64,000 nt of DNA from Hyphomicrobium sp. (GCF_036833075.1 NZ_DAITQL010000013.1:4883-68882); one strand, 5' to 3'; positions 1 through 10,174 are shown, counted from the stretch's first letter. The notes: a model not told the origin generated them from the sequence alone. Translations and numbers: made by a program.

Positions 1-1371
1 TCCCGGATTGAGGATCCCGAGCGGATCGAGCGCTCCCTTGATGGCCCGCATGGCCTCGAGCGCGGGGCCTCCGAACTCCCGTGCCATATGGCCCGCCTTG
101 CCCTGGCCGACCCCATGCTCGCCGGTAGACGTCCCCCCCATTGCCAGCGCGCGCGCCACGAGCCGGTCCAGGAAGGCCCGCACGCGCCCGCCCTCGTCCC
201 GCCCGCCGGCATCGAAGACTACGATCACGTGGAAATTGCCGTCGCCGACGTGTCCGACAATGGGCGCGACGAGACCGCTGGCCGCGATGTCGGCCTCCGT
301 CTCCGCGACGCACGTGGCGAGGGCCGAGATCGGCACCGCGACATCGCTGACCACGAGGGACCGGCCGGGCCATGTCGTCCTGACCGACCAGAATGCGTCG
401 TGCCGCGCCCGCCAGAGCCGGCGCCGCTCGGTTTCATCCGCCGCCCACGCGAACGCGAGCGCACCGTTGGCAAGCGCGATCTCGCGGAATTGGGTGAGCT
501 CTTCCTCGGTCGCGGCCGCCCCGCCCGCGATCTCGACGAAGAGATGCGGCCGCTCGGGCAACGCCAGCTTCGAATGCGCATTGACGGCTGAGACCTGCAG
601 CGCATCGAGCAGCTCGACGCGCGCCAGCTGAAGCCCCGATGCCGTGGCGTCCATGGTCGCCTCGCAGGCGGCAGCAACGGTCTCGAACGGACAGGCCGCC
701 GCGACGATGCGTTCCGGAACGGGATGGAGCTTGAGCGTCAGCTCCGTGATGATGCCGAGCGTGCCCTCCGAGCCGACGAGCAACCGCGTCAGATCGAGTC
801 CCGCGGCAGATTTGCGGGCCCGCCCGCCGGTCGTCATCACGGCGCCGTTCGCCATCACCGCCTTGAGCGAGAGCACGGTATCGCGCATCGTCCCGTAGCG
901 CATCGCATTCGTCCCGGACGCGCGCGTCGCCGCCATGCCTCCGAGCGTGGCGCCGTCGGCGCCGGGATCGACAGCGAAGAAAAGCCCGAGGTCGCGCACG
1001 TGCGCATTGAGGGCCGGCCGCGTGACGCCAGCTTCGACCGTGCAATCGAGATCGCGCGCCGACACGGCGAGAATGCGCGTCATGCGGCTGAGATCGACCG
1101 AGATCCCGCCGAGCGGCGCATTCACCTGCCCCTCGAGCGACGTGCCCGCGCCGAAGGCGATCAGCGGCACGCGATGGCGGCCCGCAATTTCGACGATCGC
1201 TGCCACCTCGTCCGTCGCCAACGGCCACACCACCGCATCCGGCGGCGCGGCCTCGATCCAGGTGAGTGTATTGGCATGCGCGGCGCGCACCGCTTCCCCG
1301 GTCTCGACCCGAGACCCGAGCAACGCCTTGAGCTCGGCAATCGCCTGCGAAACGCCCGGCGCCTCGCGCAT
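1..1371 (-). CDS. FAD-linked oxidase, D-lactate dehydrogenase (cytochrome)/GlcD family; the last codons run off the window
   Basis: Not in the ORF track because the stop lies outside the window. Manual translation from ATG 1371: MREAPGVSQAIAELKALLG...FGAGTSLEG...VDPGADGATLGGMAATRASGTNAMRYG...GSEGTLG...GHVGDGNFH...TGEHGVG...LDPLGILNPG. Confidence 0.9.
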   Translation of the reverse strand, partial: MREAPGVSQAIAELKALLGSRVETGEAVRAAHANTLTWIEAAPPDAVVWPLATDEVAAIVEIAGRHRVPLIAFGAGTSLEGQVNAPLGGISVDLSRMTRILAVSARDLDCTVEAGVTRPALNAHVRDLGLFFAVDPGADGATLGGMAATRASGTNAMRYGTMRDTVLSLKAVMANGAVMTTGGRARKSAAGLDLTRLLVGSEGTLGIITELTLKLHPVPERIVAAACPFETVAAACEATMDATASGLQLARVELLDALQVSAVNAHSKLALPERPHLFVEIAGGAAATEEELTQFREIALANGALAFAWAADETERRRLWRARHDAFWSVRTTWPGRSLVVSDVAVPISALATCVAETEADIAASGLVAPIVGHVGDGNFHVIVVFDAGGRDEGGRVRAFLDRLVARALAMGGTSTGEHGVGQGKAGHMAREFGGPALEAMRAIKGALDPLGILNPG

Positions 1372-1471
1372 CCCTCAGAACCTCCCGCGGCCGGCGGCTT
1401 CTTTTTGAGCATGAGTTGACGTAAGACTGGCGCACCTGCCGGCTTCGCACATCCGCTCACGGGAGTAAATC

Positions 1472-2311
1472 ATGCTTCGCACCGCGCGATTGGCGCTCTG
1501 TGCCCTGATCGCCGCCTGGGCATGGCAGGCCGGCATGGGCGAGGTCCGCGCCGGCGCGGCCGCGGAACCCGACACCGCCACCGAGGCTGCCGGCGACCGC
1601 GACGTGATGTTCGGCCACCAGGACATCGGCACGGGGCTCGACCACGCTGTGATCGAGGTCGGCCGCGACATCGGCAAGTTCGACCGCATCCGCCTCAGGG
1701 CGATCGGCAACGCCATCCACGTCCACGCGCTGCGCATCCAATTCGATGACGGCACACAGCGCCACATTCCCGTCGCAGCCGACATCGAGGCCAACGCGCA
1801 CTCGGACTGGTTCGACATCGACGAGGGGCGGTTCATCCGCGCCATAGAGCTCGCTTATCGCCCCGAGCCCGGTGCCCGGGGCGGCACGCGCGTCGAGGTG
1901 ACCGGGGAGTACGCCAAAGGCTGGCTCGCGGCGGCCGGAGAAGGGCGCACCTATCACCAGGGCTGGATGCTTCTCGGCGCCCAGACGGCAGGCTTCACGG
2001 GCTTCGACCGCGACATCATCCGCGTGGGCGCGAACGAAGGCGGTTTCTCGCGCCTGCGCATCGAGGCCGTGGACCGCGCCATCACGCTGAAGGAGATCCG
2101 CGTCAAGTTCGCGAGCGGCCCCGACGAGGTTTTCGCCATGCGCGCACGCGTCGATCCCGGCAAGCCCTATGGCCCCCTGGAGTTCAAGGGTGGCAAGGCG
2201 CCGATCACGTCGATCGTGGCCACCTACCGGTCACGGTTCGATCTCCGCAAGGGCCTGAAAAGCGCCTTGAACGGCCGCCCCGCCGTTGTCCAGATCTGGG
2301 GTCAGCATTGA
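1472..2311 (+). CDS. Secreted protein with two DUF2541-like beta domains
   Basis: Signal peptide; repeated unit (IEVGRDIGKFDRIRLRA / IIRVGANEGGFSRLRIEA); GGGAG RBS upstream. Confidence 0.6.
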   Translation: MLRTARLALCALIAAWAWQAGMGEVRAGAAAEPDTATEAAGDRDVMFGHQDIGTGLDHAVIEVGRDIGKFDRIRLRAIGNAIHVHALRIQFDDGTQRHIPVAADIEANAHSDWFDIDEGRFIRAIELAYRPEPGARGGTRVEVTGEYAKGWLAAAGEGRTYHQGWMLLGAQTAGFTGFDRDIIRVGANEGGFSRLRIEAVDRAITLKEIRVKFASGPDEVFAMRARVDPGKPYGPLEFKGGKAPITSIVATYRSRFDLRKGLKSALNGRPAVVQIWGQH

Positions 2312-2315
2312 ATTT

Positions 2316-2380
2316 CCCCTCCCCCTCGCGCCGAAGGCGCGGCTCCGCCACGACGTGGGAAGGGGCCAGGGGTGGAGGGA
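2316..2380. repeat. REP-like palindromic element (CCCCTCCCC...GGGAAGGGG) with a GGCTCCGCCACGAC motif in its loop
   Basis: Intergenic imperfect inverted repeat; loop resembles the motif at 2836 and 4861. Confidence 0.5.
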
Positions 2381-2391
2381 CTCCCAACGCA

Positions 2392-2787
2392 ATGGCAGCG
2401 AAATTTCCACTCCTGCTCGCGCTCGTCCTCGCCGCACTCGCACCCCTCGCCCACGCCGGCGCGCAATCCTTGGAAGTGCTCGCGACGGCTCGAACCAACA
2501 ATCGCACCGAGAGCCTGACCTTCCGCATCCCCACGCACCAGGCGCGCGTGTCCGAGCTGCGCATCCGCTCCGGCAGCCTTGCCGTGACACTCGCCGGCAT
2601 CGAGATCGAATTCGCGGACGGCACGCAGCATCGCGCTCTTCTGCAGGAGACTTTGCCGCCGGGGCACCAAAGCCAGCCGATCCCGGTCGATTCCCGCCGC
2701 CCGGTCAGCAAAGTGTTCGTCACCAAACGCCCAGGCCTGCAAGCCGGCGAAACCGCCATCCAACTCATCGGCAAAGTGAAGCGCTAG
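2392..2787 (+). CDS. Small secreted protein, single DUF2541-like domain
   Basis: MAAKFPLLLALVLAALAPLAHAGA signal peptide; LRIRS...IEIEFADGTQ resembles the domains of the upstream gene. Confidence 0.6.
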   Translation: MAAKFPLLLALVLAALAPLAHAGAQSLEVLATARTNNRTESLTFRIPTHQARVSELRIRSGSLAVTLAGIEIEFADGTQHRALLQETLPPGHQSQPIPVDSRRPVSKVFVTKRPGLQAGETAIQLIGKVKR

Positions 2788-2816
2788 GTTTTTCCGTTTC
2801 AGATGGATCGTCTCTC

Positions 2817-2882
2817 CCCCTCACCCGGAAGCGATCGTCCAGGCGAAGCATGGCTTCGCCATGACGCTGCGCGGGTGAGGGG
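2817..2882. repeat. Palindromic element CCCCTCACCCG...CGGGTGAGGGG carrying a 29-bp internal repeat
   Basis: 11-bp perfect inverted arms; 2836-2864 matches 4861-4889 at 28/29 positions. Confidence 0.75.
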
Positions 2883-3013
2883 CACTGCACTGTTTCGATC
2901 TAGGTCGGAAAGGCAAACCCCCGGAAAACAAGGGGCACAGACGGCTGCCCTTCCCGACCTCCGCCGCGACGGGGTACCCTCCGCCAAAGAGATTCGGACC
3001 CCCGCGCGCACCC

Positions 3014-4804
3014 ATGCCTATCCGCCAGCTCAGCCCGGAAACCGTCAACCGCATCGCTGCCGGCGAGGTGGTCGAGCGTCCCGCGAGCGTCGTCAAGGAG
3101 CTGGTCGAGAATGCGCTCGACGCGGGCGCGACCGAGATCGAGGTCGTCACCGTGGCCGGCGGTCTGTCGCTGATCCGCGTCACCGATAACGGCTGCGGCA
3201 TGGACGCCACCGATCTCGCGCTCTCCGTCGAGCGTCACGCCACCTCGAAGCTCGACGGCGACGACCTGCTCGCCATCCATACGCTGGGCTTTCGCGGCGA
3301 GGCGCTGCCCTCCATCGGCGCCATCGCCCATCTCGCCATCGCCTCGCGTCCGCAGGGCGCGCACGACACCCTCGAGATCACCGTCGACCGCGGCACGAGA
3401 GAGCCCGCGAAGCCCGCCGCTCTGAACCCCGGCACGCGCGTCGAGGTGCGCGATCTCTTCTCGGCGACGCCGGCGCGCCTCAAGTTCCTCAAGTCCGAGC
3501 GCGCGGAGAACCTCGCCGTATCGGAAGCGGTGAAGCGCCTGGCCATGGCGCACCCTGACGTCGGCTTCTCGCTCACCATGGGCGAGCGCACGGGTCTGCG
3601 CCTGCCGCGCTGCGCGCCGGACGCGGACGGCATGCTCGAACGGCTCGGCCGCATCATGGGCCGTGAGTTCATGGTCGATGCCGTGCCCGTCAGAGGCGAG
3701 CGCGACGGCATCGCCGTCAGGGGTTTTGCGGGCCTACCGACCCTTCACCGCCCCGACGCGGCCTATCAGTTCCTGTTCGTCAACGGCCGCCCGGTGCGCG
3801 ACAAGCTCGTCGTCGGCGCCGTGCGCGCGGCCTACGGCGACACCGTGCCGAAGGGCCGTCATCCGCTCCTCGCCCTGTTCGTCGAGCTGCCGCCGGCCGA
3901 GGTCGACGTCAACGTGCATCCGGCCAAGGTCGAGGTCCGCTTCCGCGACACCGGCGCCGTGCGCGGCCTCTTGATCGGCGCGCTACGCCACGCGCTCGAG
4001 AGCGCGGGCTTCCGCGCCACCGCCGAAGGCGCCACCCGCACGCTCGAAATGCTGGCGCGCACCGCCTCGTCCGATCCGGGCGCCCAGCGTCCCGCATTCG
4101 GGAACGGCGGATACGCGTCCGCGGGCGGCTTTGCGGAAGAATGCCAGGCGCCGTTCGCAGCGCTCGATCTCCCGGCCGCTGACGCAACGGCGCACGAGGA
4201 GCCTCTCGCCGGGGAGAACGAAAAACGCCCGCTCGGCGCCGCCCGCGCCCAGCTGCATGAGACCTACATCGTCGCGCAGACGGACACCTCCGTCGTCATC
4301 GTCGATCAGCACGCCGCCCACGAGCGCCTCGTCTACGAGCGCTTGAAGAAGGCCCTCGCCAGTGGCGGCGTCGCCCGCCAGGCGCTCCTCATCCCGGCCA
4401 TCGTCGAGGTCGGCGACGAAGAGGCGCTCGTGCTCGACGAGAAGAAGGCAGAGCTCGCCGAGCTCGGCCTCGTGCTCGAGCGCTTCGGCCCGGCCGCGGT
4501 GGCCGTGCGCGAGACGCCGGCGCTGCTCGGCCACGCCGATGTCGACGGCCTCGTCCGCGATCTCGCTGCCGGGTTGCTGGCAGAGGGGACCGCGGCGCTG
4601 CTACGCGACCGTCTCGAAGCGGTGGCTTCGCGCATGGCCTGCCACGGCAGCGTCCGCGCCGGACGCCGCCTGACCGCGCCCGAGATGAACGCGCTGCTAC
4701 GCGAGATGGAGGCGACACCCTTCTCCGGCCAGTGCAACCACGGCCGCCCGACTTATGTGGAGCTCAAGCTTTCCGACATCGAGCGCCTCTTCGGCCGCAA
4801 GTAG
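3014..4804 (+). CDS. mutL: DNA mismatch repair endonuclease MutL
   Basis: [57 protein letters not shown]. Confidence 0.98.
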   Translation: MPIRQLSPETVNRIAAGEVVERPASVVKELVENALDAGATEIEVVTVAGGLSLIRVTDNGCGMDATDLALSVERHATSKLDGDDLLAIHTLGFRGEALPSIGAIAHLAIASRPQGAHDTLEITVDRGTREPAKPAALNPGTRVEVRDLFSATPARLKFLKSERAENLAVSEAVKRLAMAHPDVGFSLTMGERTGLRLPRCAPDADGMLERLGRIMGREFMVDAVPVRGERDGIAVRGFAGLPTLHRPDAAYQFLFVNGRPVRDKLVVGAVRAAYGDTVPKGRHPLLALFVELPPAEVDVNVHPAKVEVRFRDTGAVRGLLIGALRHALESAGFRATAEGATRTLEMLARTASSDPGAQRPAFGNGGYASAGGFAEECQAPFAALDLPAADATAHEEPLAGENEKRPLGAARAQLHETYIVAQTDTSVVIVDQHAAHERLVYERLKKALASGGVARQALLIPAIVEVGDEEALVLDEKKAELAELGLVLERFGPAAVAVRETPALLGHADVDGLVRDLAAGLLAEGTAALLRDRLEAVASRMACHGSVRAGRRLTAPEMNALLREMEATPFSGQCNHGRPTYVELKLSDIERLFGRK

Positions 4805-4818
4805 GCGCGCTCCAACAG

Positions 4819-4970
4819 ACGTGTCTGGATCCCGGCCGCCATGCGGAACATGGCTTCGCCCGTCCATGCGAAGCATGGCTTCGCCATGATGCCGGGATGA
4901 GGTTTGTATATGTGGAAACCGCTCGCCCCAACTCTCCGTCACACCGGCTGAGGCCGGTGTCCAGACACGT
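4819..4970. repeat. Paired REP-like element (ACGTGTCTGGA...TCCAGACACGT) between convergent mutL and rsmD
   Basis: 11-bp terminal inverted repeats and two internal hairpins; same family as 21431-21538. Confidence 0.8.
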
Positions 4971-4994
4971 TTCAGCAAAACGCGCACGCCGCGC

Positions 4995-5552
4995 CTATCT
5001 GAGCCGCCCGAACACCGCCTGCGTATCGCCCCAGCTCCGCCGGTCGATCTCCTCGAAGCCGTCCGGCAGCGCCACCTCCGCGCTCGCGCGCTCCTCGAGC
5101 ACGATCACCGCACCCGGCGCGAGCCACGCGCCGTCACGGAGCTCAATGAGCGCCTTTTCGCCGAGCGCCCGTCCGTAGGGCGGATCGAGGAAGGCGAGGT
5201 CGTACGGCCTCATGTTGCCGGCCGGACCGAGATCGGCGGCATCGCGGCGAAAGATGCGCGTGATGCCCGTGAGCCCCATCGCCTCGATGTTGGTGCGGAT
5301 CAGCGCACGCGCCTCCGGCGCCTCCTCGACGAACAGGCAGTAGCCCGCGCCGCGCGACAGCGCCTCGAGGCCGAGCGCTCCCGTCCCCGCGAAGAGATCG
5401 ATCGCCCGCGCGCCTTCGAGCGAGAAACCGTCAACCCCGTGCAGCAGGATGTTGAACATCGCTTCCCGTACCCGATCCGACGTCGGCCGCACACCGTCAT
5501 GCTGGGGCGCGGCCAGGGCGCGCCCGCGGAACCGTCCCCCGACGATGCGCAT
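4995..5552 (-). CDS. rsmD: 16S rRNA m2G966 methyltransferase RsmD
   Basis: MRIVGG...RPTSDRVRE, DLFAGTGALGLEALSRGA, DPPY; start overlaps the upstream stop (TGATG). Confidence 0.95.
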   Translation of the reverse strand: MRIVGGRFRGRALAAPQHDGVRPTSDRVREAMFNILLHGVDGFSLEGARAIDLFAGTGALGLEALSRGAGYCLFVEEAPEARALIRTNIEAMGLTGITRIFRRDAADLGPAGNMRPYDLAFLDPPYGRALGEKALIELRDGAWLAPGAVIVLEERASAEVALPDGFEEIDRRSWGDTQAVFGRLR

Positions 5553-6781
5553 CAACCGCCCTCGCGGGTGCGGGCTTTGTTTTTCGCCGGACGGGCGGGC
5601 TTTCTCCGGCCGGACGCAGGGTCGCCCGTATCGACAAGCCCGAACCGGGCGGCAAGCTCGGGCCCAAGCTGATCGGCGAGCACGCGCCGCCGGACCACCT
5701 CCGCCTCGCCCGGCTTGAGGTCGAGGAGCTGGAACGGGCCGAACGAAATGCGGATCAGCCGGTTCACGTCGAGGCCGAGGTGCGACAGCACCTTGCGCAC
5801 CTCGCGGTTCTTGCCCTCGCGGATGCCGACCGTGAGCCACATGTTCGCGCCCTGCACCGTATCGATCGCGGCCTCCACCGGCCCGTACCGCACGCCGTCG
5901 ATCTCGACGCCCGCCTTGAGCGTGTCGAGATCGCTCTCACTCACGCGCCCCTTGGCGCGCACGCGATAGCGCCTGAGCCAGCCCGTCGCCGGCAGCTCGA
6001 GATGCCGTGCCAGCGCGCCGTCGTTGGTGAGCAGGATGAGGCCCTCGGTGTTGACGTCGAGGCGCCCGACGGAGATCACGCGCGGCAGTCCCGGCGGCAG
6101 GCTGTCGAACACGGTCGGCCGCCCCTGGGGATCGTTGTGCGTCGTGACAAGCCCTTTCGGCTTGTTGTAGCGCCAGAGCTGCGACGGCTCCACGACCGGC
6201 AGCGGCTGCCCGTCGACGAGCACGCGCGCACCCGGCCCGATCTCGACACCCGGCGTTGTCAGAACCTTTCCGTTGACACTGACGCGCCCGTCCGCGATCC
6301 ACCGCTCGGCGTCGCGCCGCGAGCAGAGACCGGCGCGCGCCATGGCCCTGGCAATCCGCATCGGCTCGGCGACGGAAGGCGCGTGCCCTGACCCGTGTTT
6401 GGCCGCACCGCCCCGTTTTGCTGCACCGGTCCGTTTGACCCCAGCGGACCAGGGCCGGACACGCATGCCCTCTTTTTTGCTGCCATCACGCCGCCGGCCG
6501 TCTCCGCCGTCGCGGCCGGGCTTGTCGGCATGGGAAAGCAGCCGCTCGCCCCCACCGGGTCGCCGGCGAAGCCGGCCGGCCCGGGGCGAAGGCTCGTCGC
6601 CCCGCGTCGCATCCGCCCCCTCCACACGCGCCTTGCGCAGCAGGTAGCGCGTGCGCGAGGGAGATTGATGCTCGCGCGCGTCGCCCGTGCTCTGCGACCG
6701 GCCGCCGCCCGGCCGATCGCCGCGCCGATGCGCTTGCGGCTTGCCCCGCGGCGGGCGATGTCGGAAGGATGACTTGCGCAT
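5552..6781 (-). CDS. rluB: rRNA pseudouridine synthase, RluB/RsuA family, with S4 domain and a long basic N-terminal extension
   Basis: ARAGLCSRRDAE, NKPKG, VGRLDVNTEGL, EGKNREVR; start codon uncertain. Confidence 0.9.
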   Translation of the reverse strand: MRKSSFRHRPPRGKPQAHRRGDRPGGGRSQSTGDAREHQSPSRTRYLLRKARVEGADATRGDEPSPRAGRLRRRPGGGERLLSHADKPGRDGGDGRRRDGSKKEGMRVRPWSAGVKRTGAAKRGGAAKHGSGHAPSVAEPMRIARAMARAGLCSRRDAERWIADGRVSVNGKVLTTPGVEIGPGARVLVDGQPLPVVEPSQLWRYNKPKGLVTTHNDPQGRPTVFDSLPPGLPRVISVGRLDVNTEGLILLTNDGALARHLELPATGWLRRYRVRAKGRVSESDLDTLKAGVEIDGVRYGPVEAAIDTVQGANMWLTVGIREGKNREVRKVLSHLGLDVNRLIRISFGPFQLLDLKPGEAEVVRRRVLADQLGPELAARFGLVDTGDPASGRRKPARPAKNKARTREGG

Positions 6782-6826
6782 GGGGTTCTGGCTCGCGACG
6801 CACGAGAAGACAAGGACGACGCCCTT

Positions 6827-7291
6827 ATGACATCGCCGGCCCGCCTCGGCCACATGGAACTGGCGCTACGGGAAGCACGCGCCGCCGCGGCCCGCGGCGA
6901 GGTTCCGGTCGGCGCCGTTCTCGTGAGCCCGGCCGGCGAGGTCATCGCCACAGCCGGCAACCGCACGCGCGAGCTGTCGGACCCCTCCGCGCACGCGGAG
7001 ATGCTGGTCATCCGCGAGGGCACGGCCAGGCTCGGCAGGGAGCGGCTCACCGGCCATGACCTCTACGTCACGCTCGAGCCCTGCCCGATGTGCGCGGCCG
7101 TGATCTCCTTCGCCCGCATCCGCCGCCTCTACTACGGCGCCCCCGATGCGAAAGGCGGCGGTGTCGAGCATGGCCCCCGCGTGCTCAGTCACGCCACCTG
7201 CCACCATCGCCCGGAGCTCTATCCCGGCCTCGGCGAAACCGAGGCGGCAGCCCTGCTCAAAACCTTCTTCGCCGCGCGGCGGCCTGACTAA
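6827..7291 (+). CDS. tadA: tRNA adenosine deaminase TadA
   Basis: GEVPVGAV, AHAEM, TLEPCPMC. Confidence 0.88.
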   Translation: MTSPARLGHMELALREARAAAARGEVPVGAVLVSPAGEVIATAGNRTRELSDPSAHAEMLVIREGTARLGRERLTGHDLYVTLEPCPMCAAVISFARIRRLYYGAPDAKGGGVEHGPRVLSHATCHHRPELYPGLGETEAAALLKTFFAARRPD

Positions 7292-8199
7292 TCGGACGGC
7301 GCGATGCCGGCCCGGTGCCCGGCCAGCACCCGCTCGAGCGCCGCGCGGAGCTCGGCCTTTGCGGGCTCGGCGGCGGCGAGGATCTCCCGCACCTTCAGGA
7401 ACTCGAGCGCCTGGTAACGTCCCGTTCCCGCGTCGATGTAGATGTCGGGCCGGCGGACCTTGAGCTTCTCGCGCACAATCGAGCGCTCGAAGAGAAACGA
7501 CGACTGAAACAGCGCCTCGAGCGCCGTCGGCCGGGGCCGTGACGGCGACGGCACCGTCGTTCCCGACACGTCGATCGCAACCAGGATGTCGGCCTCCTCA
7601 GCGATGAGATCGAACGGCAGCGGATTGGTGAAGCCGCCGTCGATAAACGTGCGCCCGTCGATCAGCACCGGCTCGAACACCACCGGCAGCGCTAAGCTCG
7701 CCGCGACCGCCGGGCGGACCGGGCCGGCGGCGAACACCGCGGTTTCGAGCGCGTAGAAATCGCTCGCCACGACGCGCAACGGGATCGCAAGCTCCTCGAA
7801 CGTCTCCGGCACGCCGGACGGCAGCACGAGGTCGAGCAGCGCGCTCGGCGCAAGGAATGCCGACCGCGCCGATAGGAAATCCAGGAACCCGTTTCCCTGC
7901 ACGCGGGCCGCGAAAAGGTCGCGCACGAGCCCGATGCGCTTGGTCAGCATCTCCTCGGTGTGACTGCGGATCTCGCGGGCCGAAAGCCCCGCCGCATAGG
8001 CCACCCCGAAAAGCGCCCCGATCGACGTCCCGGCGATGATTTTCGGTTTGAGTCCAAGCTCGTCGAGCACCTCCAGCATCAGGACGTGCGCGAGCCCCCG
8101 CGCACCCCCGCCGCCGAGAACGAGGCCGATTGAAGGCGGGCCGGCCGGCCCGTCTCGGTCGCGTTTTGCCGCACTGCACAAAAACGGCGCGTCTGCCAT
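7288..8199 (-). CDS. Patatin-like phospholipase (RssA family)
   Basis: LGGGGARG, GTSIG, DGG motifs. Confidence 0.92.
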   Translation of the reverse strand: MADAPFLCSAAKRDRDGPAGPPSIGLVLGGGGARGLAHVLMLEVLDELGLKPKIIAGTSIGALFGVAYAAGLSAREIRSHTEEMLTKRIGLVRDLFAARVQGNGFLDFLSARSAFLAPSALLDLVLPSGVPETFEELAIPLRVVASDFYALETAVFAAGPVRPAVAASLALPVVFEPVLIDGRTFIDGGFTNPLPFDLIAEEADILVAIDVSGTTVPSPSRPRPTALEALFQSSFLFERSIVREKLKVRRPDIYIDAGTGRYQALEFLKVREILAAAEPAKAELRAALERVLAGHRAGIAPSD

Positions 8200-8371
8200 G
8201 ATCAAGCCTCGGAGATCCTTTCTCTGCCCACCCCGGGCGGCTCCGGCCGGACCAGCCGGCACGACGGAACAATTGACCGCCGACGACGTCCGGTGAGCGC
8301 ACCGGGCCTGGCCCAAAGCAAGGCCAGATAACAAACACCTGCTCGCCTGTCATTCAACGACGGAGACGATC

Positions 8372-8797
8372 ATGACACCCCTCAGGGCCATCCGCGCCGC
8401 GACCTTGATGCTCGGCCTTTCGCTCGCCGCCTCGGCCGCCTCCGGCGCCACCGGAGAGCAGACATCGGACATGCCGGCATCGATCGGCAACGCCATCGCC
8501 GCGCGCATCATCGCGGTGAAATGCAACCGCCCGATGTTGCCGACGGCGCTGACGCAGGCGGAGATCGCCGAGCTCGACACCTTCATCGACGAGCGCCAGA
8601 CCGCCTTCATGCTGGAGAGCAAGGCGAACCAGCGCCTGAGCGAGATGGTCTTCCCGCAGCTCGCGCGCGACTACAACAAGATCTACAGCAACCCGGACGC
8701 CTGCGACGCTGCGGCCCGCGACATGGCCAAGAGCGTGCTCGAGCGTGTGCGCGCAACGCAAGCCGAGCGGAAGCAGCGCGCCGAGGTAAAACCTTAG
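8372..8797 (+). CDS. Hypothetical exported protein with two Cys
   Basis: GGAG RBS, signal peptide, high-GC3 codon usage. Confidence 0.7.
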   Translation: MTPLRAIRAATLMLGLSLAASAASGATGEQTSDMPASIGNAIAARIIAVKCNRPMLPTALTQAEIAELDTFIDERQTAFMLESKANQRLSEMVFPQLARDYNKIYSNPDACDAAARDMAKSVLERVRATQAERKQRAEVKP

Positions 8798-8817
8798 GCG
8801 CCCCCTCGGAAACAGAC

Positions 8818-8855
8818 AAACGGGGCAGGTCGCGGATCCGCGGCCTGCCCCGTTT
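8818..8855. terminator. Probable bidirectional intrinsic terminator
   Basis: AAACGGGGCAGGTCGCGG-AT-CCGCGGCCTGCCCCGTTT hairpin between convergent genes. Confidence 0.7.
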
Positions 8856-8876
8856 CACTATCCGGCCGGCATCGCC

Positions 8877-9845
8877 TCAGGCGAGCTTGAACGGCATCTC
8901 GTGGCCCGCAAAGAACGCATCGATGTTGTCGAGCGCTTCGAAACCCATCTGGTTGCGGGCTTCGACGGCCGCCGAGCCGAGATGCGGGAAAAGGAACGTG
9001 TTCGGCAGGTCATAATAACCGTCGTTGATCTTGGGCTCACCCGCGAACACATCAAGGCCGGCATAGGCGAGGCGGCCCGACTTCAGCGCCGCGATCATGT
9101 CCGCGTCGTTGACGAGATCGCCGCGCGCCGTGTTGACGACGATAGCGCCCTTGGGCAGCTTCTCGATCACGTCCTTGTTGAAGAAATAGCGTGTCTCCGG
9201 CGTCGAGGGCGCATTGATGGAGAAGAACTGCGAGACGGCGAGCAGACTGTCCAGGCTGTCGTGGTAGGTCGCGTTGTACTTCGCCTCGACCTCGGGCTTG
9301 GCCCGGTAGACGTCGAAATAGTGGATCTCCATGTCGAAGCCGCGCGCACGCTGCGCCAACGCCTGGCCGATCTTGCCGAAGCCGTAGATGCCGAGCTTCT
9401 TGTTGTCGAGGCGCTGGCCAACGAGCTGCAACGGCTGCCAGCCCGGCCACGAGCGCGTACGGATCATGCGCTCGCCTTCCGGCGCGCGCCGCGCCGCCCC
9501 GAGCAGGAGCAGCATGGCGATCTCGGCCGTCGCCACCGTGACACCGTGCGGCGCATTGCCGACCTTGATACCGCGCGCCCTGCAGGCTTCGAGGTCGAGA
9601 TGGTCGAAGCCGATCGAGAACGTCGAGATGCACTTGATATTCTCGGGGATGCGGTCGATGACCGCCTTCGGGCACTTTTCGTTGAGCGTCAGCAAAAGGG
9701 CATCGACCGACTTCGCCGTCTCGATCATCTCGTCGATGGTGATCTTCGGGTCGTCGCCGTGCGCGATGACGTCGTAGGTCTCCCGCGCCCGCGCCATGAC
9801 GGCCTCCGGCAGGGGCCACGTGATCAGGATCTTCTTTTTAGCCAT
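8877..9845 (-). CDS. hprA: Hydroxypyruvate reductase / D-glycerate dehydrogenase (serine cycle)
   Basis: KKKILITWPLPEA...GDDPKITIDEMIETAKSVD matches Hyphomicrobium glycerate dehydrogenase as recalled; GFGKIG, NTARG, PHLGS. Confidence 0.93.
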   Translation of the reverse strand: MAKKKILITWPLPEAVMARARETYDVIAHGDDPKITIDEMIETAKSVDALLLTLNEKCPKAVIDRIPENIKCISTFSIGFDHLDLEACRARGIKVGNAPHGVTVATAEIAMLLLLGAARRAPEGERMIRTRSWPGWQPLQLVGQRLDNKKLGIYGFGKIGQALAQRARGFDMEIHYFDVYRAKPEVEAKYNATYHDSLDSLLAVSQFFSINAPSTPETRYFFNKDVIEKLPKGAIVVNTARGDLVNDADMIAALKSGRLAYAGLDVFAGEPKINDGYYDLPNTFLFPHLGSAAVEARNQMGFEALDNIDAFFAGHEMPFKLA

Positions 9846-10174
9846 GGGTCGCGTTTCCTCCCCTGGATCGGATTTTGATGTGAGGCTGGCCGCGATCCAT
9901 GCCGCATGAAACGGCCTGTGACAAGTCTCCCGCGGCGTAATTTCGCTCGGCTAACCCTCGCCGCAGTGCGAAAAATTGCGTGCGGCGATCCCAGTTCGGA
10001 GCATCCGCAGCCGCCCGCGCTAACCGGGTTGCCCACTATGCCCCCCGCCGCCTGGGCGATGTCGGCCACCCCCTCCCCCCGGGCCGGCCCGGCCCCCTTC
10101 GCTCTTTTTATTACTCTACCGCGGCGCCCTTTTCGTTGCCCCGCGCCCGGTTTCGCAGATTTGGGAGTAAGAAC

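Noticed and set aside
8..1450. Multiple ORF-track entries at the window start
   Set aside because: All are off-frame or antisense to the FAD-oxidase gene (1371 to <1), which the track missed because its stop is outside the window.
2836..4889. Possible CRISPR repeats (29-bp near-identical sequence)
   Set aside because: The two full copies are 2 kb apart flanking mutL, with no regular spacers and no cas genes.
6360..6781. Novel domain in the Arg/Gly-rich N-terminal extension of the pseudouridine synthase
   Set aside because: Low-complexity basic tails are common on alphaproteobacterial RluB proteins, and the start codon is uncertain.
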